From Psammoneis japonica (taxonomy: Eukaryota), in contig QPGO01000282.1 of assembly GCA_008632985.1 (NCBI GenBank), positions 1 through 36,680 on the forward strand: a stretch of 36,680 bases of DNA. The letters are read 5' to 3'. A program made the translations under genes and the position numbers. Positions 12,430 through 23,700 of this stretch are shown in pieces; the first letter of the stretch is position 1; the number at the start of each line of letters is the position of its first letter. The notes under the pieces were generated by a model. That model was given only the letters and a program-made list of their open reading frames with translations, was not told the DNA's origin and made no database searches.

Positions 12430-13666
12430 ATGTTGTACGCTTTCCTCTTCTTGAACGCTTTGTTTCTCATTGGTGACTGTGGCCGAGCCATCTCTTGCCT
12501 GCGCAGGGATCCTAAAGAGTTCCCGGTGGGCGCGCTGCTCTGCTTCGTCTTGTGTTGCTTGTTGAGGAACATCGACGTCTGGATCGTCGTCCGAACCTTT
12601 GTGGTTGCATTTCTCATCTGGCTCTGTGCGATCCTCACTACGGCATTGCCCAAGCAGACAAGGTGGAATTGTTCTGAATTTAACCAGCATCCCCACGTTC
12701 CTCGCAGCCACTTTGTGGAGGCGCAACGCAAGACGTGTCGTTGCGACGTCAATGAGCCATTTGCATCGTAAGTTTTTGTTGCTCTTGTTGTACTGCCTTT
12801 TATTATGACGCTTGTTTCTAACGTCACCTTCTTTCTTTGATGTTCCATTTCTTGCGTTCAGCTCTGCTGACGGCACTGGTTCCAACAGTGGAGTGGCTCA
12901 CGAGCCGTCTTCAAACTACAACCCCCCACCCTCCGTCGATTTTAAAGAAAAAGACAACGTCAAAGCTTCATCCCCCCAAGCCGGGCCTTCCAAAGTACCG
13001 CTGCAACGTCAAACCAGAAAAAGACAACGTCCAAGCTTCACCTGTCAAGCCGAGCCCTCCAAAGCACCAGTGCAGAGTCGGTGAGAGAGTTTTGCACACG
13101 AACGGAAAAATACCAACGACGTCGCTTCTGCCAAGATCATCAGCATTCACCGCGACGACAAAACTCCACACTACACCATCCTCTTCTCTAATGACAGAGA
13201 GAGGCAGACGGTTGAAAAGAATCTGTCGCCCATCCCAAAAACACCAACGTCAGAAAAAGACGACATCAAAGCATCGCCTCACAAGCCGAGCCCTCCAAAG
13301 CACCAGTGCAAAGTCGGCAAGAACGTCAAGCACACGAACAGCAATGCCAACGACGTCGCATCTGCCAAGATCATTGGCATTCACCTTGACGACAAAACTC
13401 CGCACTACACTGTCCTCTTCTCCAACGGCAGAGAGCGACAGACAGAAGAAAAGAATCTATCTCCCGCCCCAAAAAAACCGACGTCCAAGTGCGAGAAGGG
13501 CCAAGACGTGCATTGCTGCCGCAACAACACTCGTGCATTGGCCAAGATTCTCAGGGTGTACTTTGATGATGATCTCGTGGCGCATTACGACATCAAATGT
13601 ATGGATGGGAGCGAGAGGCAGACGATTGACAAGCACCTGGAGGAATGTCCGGCTCCCGAGTTGCAG
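12430..13666 (+). pseudogene. Two-exon gene for a membrane protein (2-3 hydrophobic helices) with three C-terminal Tudor/SH3-like repeats, copy A
   Basis: caccATG at 12430; intron 12768-12861 (GTAAGT..CTAAC..TTCAG) joins in frame; repeats (Y)KVGExVx(Y)...AKIIxxHxDDxxx(Y)YTxxFSxGRERQTxEKNL; inferred ancestral TAG at 13664 now reads CAG; homopolymer frameshifts. Confidence 0.8.
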
Positions 13667-14369
13667 GGAGTGCGACGAGGCTGAGTTTTTTGCTGTTGCG
13701 GGTGGAGAAGATCGTCTGTGATTGTACATCTTATTTTTCGTTCAGGCCTGCATTGTCGTGAAGACGTGTTGGGCAGAAATTGTTTCAGATGTCAGCTTGT
13801 GGTGCGCATTCACTTGTCATTTTGGCACTCGAGTTTAACTGCAGCAGCAAAGTTGGAAGAGGCTTTCCAGATCTCGCATTCAGGCACGCATTGTCAAGAC
13901 GACACATGTGAGTTGGCCGCCGTTTCGGAACTGGTTTTGTGTGCCGGCAGAAGAGAATGCAAGATCTAGTTTGCCTCTGAAAGCTAATGTTGAACAGCAG
14001 CAACACTTGTTCCAATGTTCAAGTCGAAAACCATTGCAGGACTGGCGGAATCGAATGAGAAAATGAGAAACAAACATTGGACGGGCTTTTTGCGTGCAAG
14101 GTAGAAGCTCACGGATTGTCAGGTTTAGCATGGCAGGCATGGGGCATGGGAGTGGGGCTGGGGCTCGAGAGGGATTAGTTGGCGCACTGCAGAGTGCCAG
14201 GCCTGCAGATCAAGATTGTGAAAACAAAACAAAAATTAGAAAATGCACCACAATCAGAACATCTCTTTCGCGCTTTTGAAAACTCTCTTTCACATCGTCC
14301 CACTTGCAACCATCTGCTGATGGTGCAAGTGAGGCAATTGAGACTGTCATTGAGTGCAAGGTCATTGGT

Positions 14370-15035
14370 TAAGAGCGTCTGCTTTGTCCAAAGATTACCA
14401 CACAGGTTGCGACCATCAGCATTGAGCATCTCATGCACCGCACGAATCCACCAGGCCCGTTTCAGGCTGGGTCGGCAATCTCAAGGGCGATCTCCATCAG
14501 AACATCAAGGATCTTTGCATCGTTCAGGACCCGACAAAGGAAAAAAAGCATCCCAAGTAGCTCGCGGCCAGTTGCAAATCATTTGGTGCCGAGGAGGACG
14601 CGTCCGTGAAGGTGTTGCTTGCATCGGATCGGGTGTCTGCACACCTCACTCGACCTTTGCCGACGCCTGTCCATTGGCGCCTTGTGCTGATGCTGTGGAC
14701 GACACAGGCTGTGCCTCAGAACGGCAAGACATGCGTGCAAGACTTGGTTGCCATTGCCGATGATGCCCGTCGTCTGTTGCGTGAGCGCACCAACGGCATG
14801 CTTTGCGTTCGTGGCAACCGGAGCTTGCCCAAACCTCTTCAGGACGCCCTTGTCAAGAGCTTTTCCGAAGCGAGCGAAGATCCATCTGAGATAGAAGCCG
14901 CGACTGCTGTTGTGGAAGATGTGTTTGTCCAAGGTCGTGCTCAGCAAGGGGTTTGGTTGAACACGGGCGCCGCATTAAAGCAAAATCGTGCCAGACTACC
15001 CACAACCCATGACGACAAAAAGAATGGCAATTGGA
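14370..15035 (+). pseudogene. Fragment of an unidentified protein-coding gene
   Basis: Protein-like reading across copies: GNLKGGLHQNIKDLRIVKDPTKDKKYPK..AFGYKSLGAEEDASVKVLL..PVHWRLVLML..VQDLVAIADDARRLLRER; no family recognised. Confidence 0.4.
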
Positions 15036-15039
15036 AAAT

Positions 15040-15920
15040 TCTTGACGGAAAAGAGGGTCGCAGACATTCTTTCTGTGTCTTCATGCGCCACAATTGTTTG
15101 GGGTGGAGGCGAACATGATGGCTTCTTGTCGCCATCTGTGCCGGTTTGTGGCTGCATCGGAGTTGAAGCAGTTTCCGACTTGGAAATAAAGTTTGCAAAG
15201 TGCTTGGATGATTTAGCACTGAACAAAAGACGAGCAGCGTGCAACAATAATGCACATGCGTCCGTTCAACAAAAAGCATTAAATAAAAAGAATGACACGC
15301 ACCCTTCGCCAAGCATGCTTGCTGTCTGGAATGGGATCAATTGTTTCACAAATTCGCCTCAGCTGATCGTTTTCACAACCGTGAGGTGCATGGACAATCC
15401 GAGAAACAGTTCTGCCGCCACGCGTCCCAAGGACCACATGTCAAAAGCGGAATCGCACGGCAGCCGTAGAGTGGAAGAACTTCCGGGCTGCGGTAAAACC
15501 GAAATTGAATGTAGCTGTGAGCCGTGTTTCCTTCACAGCAAGCCGAACCGAAAACAGTTGACTTGACATTGCTCGAATGAGACTGCTTCTCGGTCGAACA
15601 ATTGATCGCTGGCACAATTCCTTCACGCTGCCGTCCATTGTTTTCATGAGCAGCGGCCGAACCTTTGTCAAGGGCAACCTTCTGAACTGCCGCTGATTCA
15701 AAACCTCTTGTGTTCATCCCAACAATTCAAACACCAAGCAAAGGTGATTCTGATGCGGACTGTACGATTGCAGGTGCGCTGTCTTGCGGTTTTCGCTTTG
15801 ACGTTAATGGCCAAGAAATCCTTGTCTTGCTCAGCACCCAAAGACACCAATCTCCACAGCTGCTTGTTGTGTACAAGCTTGCCTGTTCTTCACCACTTTC
15901 AGGGCTACAAAGACTGCCAT
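15040..15920 (-). pseudogene. DYRK-family (YAK1-like) protein kinase fragment, copy A
   Basis: VALKVVKN..QAAVEI, HLCLVFELLG, QRQFRRLPL, FGSAC(C)EGNTAHSYIQFRFYRSPEVL, MWSLG.VAAELFLGL; intron with donor at 15302; HCDLKPEN region missing. Confidence 0.9.
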
Positions 15921-15984
15921 GACAAACAGGGAGCGAGTTGAGACACGCATGTGCCACTCCAGTGCGGCTCTTTAAGCCACAGAC

Positions 15985-16570
15985 GCACCTTTCCACCGCC
16001 TGGTGGACTGGTTCCCTGCGCAAGGCGTCTGCATGCTTTTCGTGCACCAACAAGCAATCAGGAGCCACGCGCTAATTTTTCATTGCAAAAACAGAAACAG
16101 AAATGAGTTCCACAGCAGCAATTCAAAATCAACAGGAACAGCATTTTCAAATTCCAAAACTCCATTTACATGGCCTTTGTCCCACATAGAAAGTTTTGCC
16201 CAATGATGCATTCCTCGGCTCAATCTTTAAAAGAGAGAAAAGAGCAGTTGGCAAGATTAATGCGTTGGGTAATTCCGCCACTTTCACGCGCAACATGCAG
16301 CATGCTCACCCTTCCAACTTCCAATGCGTTCCGATCCGGCAAACAAAATGGTTCATCATTCTTTTCCAAGAGCATCTCTGTTTCTTCCACGCCGCCTTGA
16401 ACAACTGTTTGACAAAGAAGAGGGAAAACAGGAAGCGTCAGAAGAACGAGCTCTTCCACAAGACATGCAATGCACACACATGAGCATCTGCCAGGGGGTG
16501 CATGCACACACCTTGCAATGCTCCCGGATCAAAACAGTGTGTCACCAATTCTTGCAGGAGCACCAAGAGT
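15985..16570 (-). pseudogene. Aldehyde dehydrogenase (ALDH3-like) fragment with introns, copy A
   Basis: LLQELVTH(C)FDPGALQ/VVQGGVEETEMLLEK (joined by an intron with donor at 16511), ILFAGSERIG (FTGS motif), RII.GKTF..GQ, VAPD(C/Y)LLVHEKHADAL. Confidence 0.82.
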
Positions 16571-16584
16571 GCCCGACCGCACTG

Positions 16585-16893
16585 CGTCTCTCCTCCCAGA
16601 GTCGGTCCGACATCTTTCAGCTCTTGAATCTCCACCACACTTTTGTGCATGCGAGGAAAGGCGCTTCTGGCAATGACAGCAGCACCGGAAGCACCAAAAA
16701 CCAAATGAAAAAAGGACGTCCGCGAAGCTTCCAAAGCCTCGGAAACGATTGGGGCAGCGGAGGTTCCATCCGGAATTGCTTCAAGCCGCGACTTTGTGAA
16801 TGCAATTCGTGGGTCTCCATTGTCACTCGGACAAAAGGAGTGAACCATGCAGGTCACGATCAGCACAACAAGAAATGTGAGAAGGCACCTCAT
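16585..16893 (-). pseudogene. N-terminal fragment of a signal-peptide (possibly plastid-targeted) hypothetical protein, copy A; copy B at ~35550-35859
   Basis: caccATG followed by MR(C)LLTFLVVLIVTCMVHSF, a signal-like peptide; IWFFGASGAAVIARSAFPRM(H)..IQELKDVGPTLGGET. Confidence 0.55.
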
Positions 16894-17869
16894 GGTGAAC
16901 GGGACGGGAGCGCCAGTGCAGCACCGACAAAAAAAAAAGAAAAAAGTGAGCAAGAAAAATGAGGATGACGTCAGGAAAGCATGCGTGCTGCACACACTGT
17001 GCAGACGCACGACGCACGGGCGGGTGGCTGTTTTTCGGACGACAAAACAGCACAAGAATCCAACTTGAAACCAAACAACAGAGAAAATGCCCATGACTTG
17101 TTTCAATTTTGTCAAAATGTCCGCCAAGTTTCACCATCTTCCTTTCATGACACCCACTGCAACAGCTTCTCAAACCACATGATGGTTTGTCACACTCTTG
17201 TGTTTGTTCCTGTTTGGGGCCGACTCTCTGCAGGACCCTCGGCAGGCCTTGGTTTCTCAAGTTTCTCAACGTCTTATCCCAGACGACACATTGGTTCTCT
17301 GGCTCTGCCTGGTTTGACCTTCATGACTTCATTGAGTTGTTTGACAGTCAACACATGCCAGCAGCATTTCAAGGTGCTCGTGACCATGTCTGCTGTGGTT
17401 GTGTTGCAGCACAAATTCACATGTCAGGGTCAGGCCACGGCCAATCAAAAATCTAAACCTCAAATGACAGAAGAAGCAAGATGCATCCTCCAAGAACATC
17501 CAGCACACCATTCAAACATGCAGTGCTCACCTGACAGTTGGCATCTGGCCTTTGCCCTTCTTGCCACATTCTGAGGCCCCGCAGCCCTTCAAACCATGTT
17601 TTTTCTCCGCACAGCCCATGGCGCGCACTTAAACACAAACACAGGAGCACCTGCCATCCATCATCCAGCATCCTCTGTGCTCTTGCCAGTTTCCAACAAG
17701 GTGTCAGAGACACTCTTGAAGAAGCCAGGGAAGTTCTTGGTCTTTTCCACTGGCTTGCTCATTCTGAGCAGACATTTGGGAGCCTTCTGGCAGCGCTGGG
17801 TTTGCTGGTGCATTGCAAAGCAACCTCTTTCAGCACAGTTTCCAGCAGCAATCTGTGCATGAGTGCTGT

Positions 17870-18390
17870 TCTGTTGGTGGTGGCAGTGGCACACATTGAA
17901 GCTCTGGTGGTGTGAAATGCTGAGAGAAGCAATGCTGAGTTGCCTTTTGTGCAAGACTGCATTTCATGTGGAAAAACATCAGCAAGTGCAGAAAGTGCAT
18001 TGGCACACTCTCAATGGAAAAGAACAAGACCAAGCCAACAAGCTGTGTGAATGAGGAGCAGAAGACAGCACACAAACACAAGGCCACAGTCACAAAAATG
18101 TCTGACAATGAGGTCCACAACATGGAAAAAACAGCTGACATTGAGCAACCTGCTCAAGCCAATGCCAATCTGAAGGCCAAGTCCAAGGATCAGAAGAGCT
18201 GTGCACGAAGTGCACAGGAAAGCAAGAAGCTTGCACAGGCACCCAGTTTGGGCACAAGGCTTGCAAGAAACCTCCAGCTGAGGAACGAATGGTTGCACCC
18301 AAGCACAGGAGCAGGGTCTGGGCAATTGGGTCGTGATGGAAAGTCCAGCATTTTGCAGAAATTGCAAGAACACTCTGTGCAAGCTTGAGT
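17870..18390 (+). repeat. Diverged copy of 8170-8710
   Basis: Shared TGCTGAGAGAAGCAATG...GGCACACTCTCAATGGAAAAGA...GCACCCAAGCACAGGAGCAGGGTCTGGGCAATTG. Confidence 0.85.
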
Positions 18391-19493
18391 TTTTTTGTGT
18401 GGAACTCAAGCAGCCAACTGTGGGCTTGCACAGGGCCATGCTTTCCATGCAGCATGGTTTGGCATGATCTGCTGCACCCCATCTGGGATTGCATGCTGTG
18501 CAAAAACTTGAAGCGGGCCACAGCTGGCACATCTGGAAATTGTCCTGAGGTCAGTTGACCTTTTTGTTGCAGGTTCTGATGAGCTTTTTCATTGTGTGTG
18601 CCCTTCATGTTGTTGGGAACAACACACGTCACTTGGAGCCCATGTTGTCAGTCACAAGTGTTTGTTTTGCCCCACATTTTTGAAGCATCTGCACAATCCA
18701 TTTGCTCTTCTCTCTGAAGTCACTCACAAACAAAGTGGTCTGCAGCCTGTTCTGGGTGGTGGAGTGGTCCTCCTCTTTCAAGCAAGAGCCTGTTGACTTC
18801 AGGGCACAACCATTTTTCATGTTTTGTGTTGTTTTGATTCGCACCTTCTGAGCATTTCATCAAGCAACATCTCTTGCTCAAGCAAAAGTGTGCACAGCTG
18901 CTCTTGCTGTGCATCACATCTGGGCTTTTTGTTTGATGTGCCACACCTTGATCACAGTTGCTGCGTGCTTGCATGCACGTTGAAGCAGCACCAGCATGTC
19001 TTCTGTGTGAAATGCAGAGCCAATGTTTTGCATCAGAACATGTGCATTGGCTCTAGAAGGAGCCACTCAATGGCCTTTCTAGGAAAGTCTTGTCCAGCCC
19101 ACACCCCCTGGCAATGTCAAAAATGTGCCAGCAGCAGTGTCTCAATTTTTTTCCAGGTGAGCCCCTTTCTGCTTCAGCCATTTGGTGCATGTGCCCAAGC
19201 TGTTGCAGTCACTCAATTTGCTGCCATGTTGGCAGTCACAAAGTTTTGAACATGACATTGTGCCTCACAGCTGGCTTCAACATCTCTCCTGCTGGTTGTG
19301 TGAAATGCAGCATCTGCAGCATGTTTGTGTCAAATGAGTTGAATCTTGGAATTTTTGCCATCTTGTGCTGACACGTGTGAGGTTGCAGCACATCACTGCC
19401 ATTTTGTTGAGCGGGGCAAAGGTTCTGAAAAATGATTGTGTGCACTCTCAACTGCACGAGCAACGCCACTGCAATTTTGCTCTTTGCTCCCCT

Positions 19494-19769
19494 TGGCAGG
19501 ATTTGAACAGGATTTAGGTGCGCGCGAAGCATCGCGCGCTGTTTAGTTTACCGCGCACAGTTTTGTGTGCTTTAGTTCCGCGCGTTCACGCGCGATGCAG
19601 TTTGCTTTCGAGCCACAAGGCTCACAAGAATGATGACAGTAGCCTGATTGCACCGACTTGCACGTCTTTCGGCTCCTGTGACGGTCTCTGAACGGAGACT
19701 CATCTGCCATTTAGACAGCAGTGAGGAGTTGTTGTTTGAATTCTTGCCATTTGCCTTCAATTTGCAACA
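19494..19769 (+). repeat. 5' LTR
   Basis: TGGCAGGATTTGAACAGG...TTTGCAACA; aligns without gaps to 26295-26570 (offset 6801). Confidence 0.96.
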
Positions 19770-19786
19770 GATTAACAGTCTTGCTC
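19770..19786 (+). other. Primer-binding site, complementary to a tRNA-Asn(GUU)-like anticodon arm (half-tRNA type)
   Basis: GATTAACAGTCTTGCTC directly follows the LTR CA; its reverse complement GAGCAAGA-CTGTTAA-TC contains the Asn anticodon loop CUGUUAA. Confidence 0.7.
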
Positions 19787-20717
19787 ATTGTCAACCCATT
19801 GAGCAACCGCCATCGTCGTCGTTGATTTACCAACGACACCACTTCAATTCTACGTGGACCTCCGCATGTGTTCTACATACATCGGCAAGTCTACGTGCAT
19901 TCAACACCAGGGCATTGGCAGGAAGTTAACGTCACCGTCAAGTCTCCTCACCGCTGGACATCTGGATTGATCATGCTGCCTTTGATCGCTGAAGACTTGT
20001 GTTCAACGGTCACATCCAAGTCTGTCCTTGATCAACATCCCTTGATGTGCCTGTTCCTCGGTTGACGGTCAAGAACCCTGCACATTCAAGGATCTTAGTC
20101 GCTGAAGACATGTGTGCACATGTGTGTGTGCATGTCTTCACGGCCAAGAACCTTCATCCACTCTTCGGACTGCGGTTTTGCTGCCACTCTGCAAGCACAC
20201 CGAGTCCACTGCACCTGATCCACCCCGGACTGCTGGTGCTCCACAGTTCTGCTGGGTCCACGAGGACGACTGTGAGAGCAAGCAGCCATGATTACAGCCT
20301 GCGTTGGGGCGAGGGTGTTTTTCCCGCGTTTGTTCGTTCGTCCACAGCGCCTGACGCCTGCGTCAACTGGCCAGCCTGATTGGGAAATCCAACCGACATA
20401 AAACAAGAACGGTTCGGGGGTCTTGTCCACCTCTGGTCAGCTTACCTGCAGGGGTTTACAACCCGCTACTCCGCTCGTAAGCAACCCAAAGCACCACCAG
20501 CTGCGGGTTCGGACGTGCCGGCACAACTCTACGGACCGGATGGGAAGTTTAGCACTCAACAACGAACGGGATAACAAAGCCAGGCGACTTCTGATTTTAA
20601 GACAGTTCAAGATTTCAAGTCAAGTCCATTTCAAGTCAAGTCTGTTCTCACCCAAGTTTCGAGTCTACCTTCGCTTCCCAACCAGAATTGATTGTCCTGA
20701 CACCACTTTTGTCTGCC

Positions 20718-23700
20718 ATGGTTCTCACTCGTCAGCAACAAACCGATGGTTTCGAGCACGTTGTTGGAACCGTGCTTGCCCAAGGTGCTGGGAGTCCTCT
20801 TCGTTTGGCTTTGGCCCAAGACGGCACGGACTCGTGTCAGGAACTGTTCACGTTCATACCGTCCCAAATCGACTCGCTTGAGTGCGACAACGGCACTGGT
20901 GTAATCCCCTTGCCCCGTGGTCATAAGAACATGTTAGCAGCACCAGTCAGTCTGTACATTGTCAAAGCACACAAAGGTCTTGACGTTGCCAACGACTCCT
21001 CTTTGTTCGCGCATGACAAGTTCCTTGCCTGCCGCCTCAGCCCCGACTGCATGTCTTCTGTGTCCATCGGCAGCTCACCCCTTGCACCTCCACATGTCAC
21101 CAACCCGACCAAGGCACGCGACCCGGTGAGAGACTTCAAGCGAGGCATCAAGCGTGATCCCACCGCTTTCACGGCTCTCAAATCCGACAAGCAGTGGCAC
21201 ACTTGGCACACCTCACTTGTGGCACAAGCCCGTGCCCAAGACGTCGAGTGCATTCTAGACTCGTCGTACAAACCGACCAGCCCCGAAGACAAACTGCTCT
21301 TTGCTGAACAGCAAAAGCACATGTTCGCCATCTTCGAACGCATCCTTCTCACCGACAAGGGCAAGGCTCTCATTCGCGAAAATGTGGGGTCTTCTGACGC
21401 ACAGACCGTCCACCGCTCCTTGTCTGAGTGCGCGCTTGCCTCCACCCATGCATCTGTCGAGTCCTCCACCCTGCTCACGCACCTCACCACCGCACGTCTT
21501 GGTGATGGCACTTGGAAAGGTCCGACCCACGGGTTCATCCTTCATTGGCAAGATCAGTTGCGCAAGTGCGAGGCACTCATCCCCGCCAGTGACCACTTCT
21601 CTGAAGGACAGAAGCGCGTCATGCTCGAGAATGCCGTGCACCCTGTCGAGGAACTCCGTGCTGTCAAGAACCAAGCTGATCAGCATCGCACGCAGAGTGG
21701 CAAGAGCCTCACATGCGATCAACACTGTGGCTTGCTCCTCTCCGCGGCAGCTCAGTGCGACAGCACGTTTCAACCCAAGACGACACCCAGAGCTCCCCGA
21801 TGCGCCATACACGCACACGACGTCTGCTCCGAGGAACCGTCCGAAGATGTGTTCTACGACATTGACAGTGACGTTGACGTCCTTCAAGCCAATGCTGCCT
21901 GCACCCGCGGTCCCAGCCTCACCGGTGTCCAATGGAGACGTCTCCCTCCCGACCACCAACGGCTCTGGGATTCGTTGCCCGATTCCTCCAAGGCGATCAT
22001 CCTTGAGCATTCTCGTCCGCCTCCCCGCAACCCGCGAGCCAGCAACTGCCATGAGTCTGTTACGGCCAACCTTCACGACCAACACCTTGGGAGTGACGGT
22101 GATGTCAACTTGTCCAACACGACTCCTGCTGACTCTGGTGACTCCGCTCCACATGTGGACGCCACTTCGGACAATCCCATCCTGGCGCACCTCACCAAGC
22201 GCAAGCCACTGCCACCCGGTGATCTGCAACGTCTGTTGTCTCCTAACCAAGCCCCCAATGCCAGTCGACCGGGGCCATCCGCCGCTTCCTCTACCCTGCC
22301 AGCTTCTGCAGATGACACAGAACTTAACGGCCGCACTTGCCGCCGCGTCAACAACCACAATGTCATTCACTCTGCCTCTGCTCATCGCTCCACACGCACT
22401 GGCGCTCTAGTCGATCGTGGGGCCAACGGCGGCATTGCTGGCGACGACGTTTGCGTCATTGCACGCACCTCTTGCCAAGTCGACGTTCAGGGCATTGACG
22501 ATCATCAATTGGTGGACATCCCCATTGTCACCGCTGGTGCCGTTGTTGAGACCCAGCGTGGTCCCGTCATCGCCATCCTCCATCAGCACGCATGCACGGG
22601 CAAGGGCAAGACCATCCATTCCTGCGGCCAGCTCGAATGGCACAAACAGGATGTCAACGATCGCTCTGTCAAGGTGCCCAACGGCTTGCAACGCATTGCC
22701 ACTCCTGATGGCTGTGTCATCCCCATTGACATCAAGGCTGGCCTGCCTCATGTTGCCATGCGACCTTGCACTGACGCCGAATGGGACACCCTGCCCCATG
22801 TCATCCTCACCGGTGATGACACATGGGACCCTTCCGTCCTCGATCACTCTGTCACTGATGACGACCAGTGGCACGACGCGATCTCTGACCTGCAGGACGA
22901 TCCCACTGCCAACCTATTTGACGAATGCGGCAACTGCCGTCATCGTGTCGTTGTCAATGAGACCATCATGTCCACTTCCTTGTCTGCCGATCACGCGTCC
23001 GCCCTCGATGATCACCTCATTCCGAACAACGACGTGTTCTACGAGTGTCATCTGCGCACTGTACAGCCCAAGGACCCCCCCTTCGAGTCTCTTCGGCCTT
23101 GCTTTGGCTTCCCACCTGCCGATGCGGTCCGTCGTACTTTTGACTGCACCACGCAGTGCGCCCGCATGCCCGCCGGTACACACCTTCGCAAGGCCTGCAA
23201 ATCACCCAACCCCGCCCTCAATGTGCACCGCCGCAACGAGCCTGTCGCCACTGACACCGTTTGTGCCGACACCCCGGCCGTCGACTCTGGTTGCACCAGC
23301 GCCCAACTGTTTGTTGGCACCGAGTCTACCGTCACTGACGTCTGCGGCACTGAGACGGACAAAGAGTTTGTCAACACACTCGAGGATCAGATCCGTGAAC
23401 GTGGTGCCCCATCCAAACTCATTGGCGACCGTGCTCAAGTTGAGATCAGCAACAAAGTGCTCGGGATCCCACGCGCCCTCTTCATCTCCAGCTGGCAAAG
23501 TGAGCCTCACCAGCAACACCAAAACTTTGCCGAGCGTCGACACCAGACCGTGAAGCGCATGGCAAACACTGTCATGGATCGTTTTGGTTCGCCCGCCCAC
23601 ACATGGCTGCTGGCGCTCATGTGCGTGTGCTTCGTGCTCAACCATGCAGCGTCCCCACGTCTCCACTGGCGCACGCCCCTCGAGACTCTCACTGGCTCCA

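Larger units (their letters stand above)
8170..17210 (+). repeat. Macro-repeat / segmental duplication copy A (mosaic of gene fragments)
   Basis: Colinear with ~17870-18390 and ~26600-36160, e.g. 12230-13800 versus 30630-32200. Confidence 0.92.

Noticed and set aside
12286..12885. 199-aa minus-strand ORF (and 30321-31283)
   Set aside because: Antisense to the better supported spliced plus-strand gene; no motifs.
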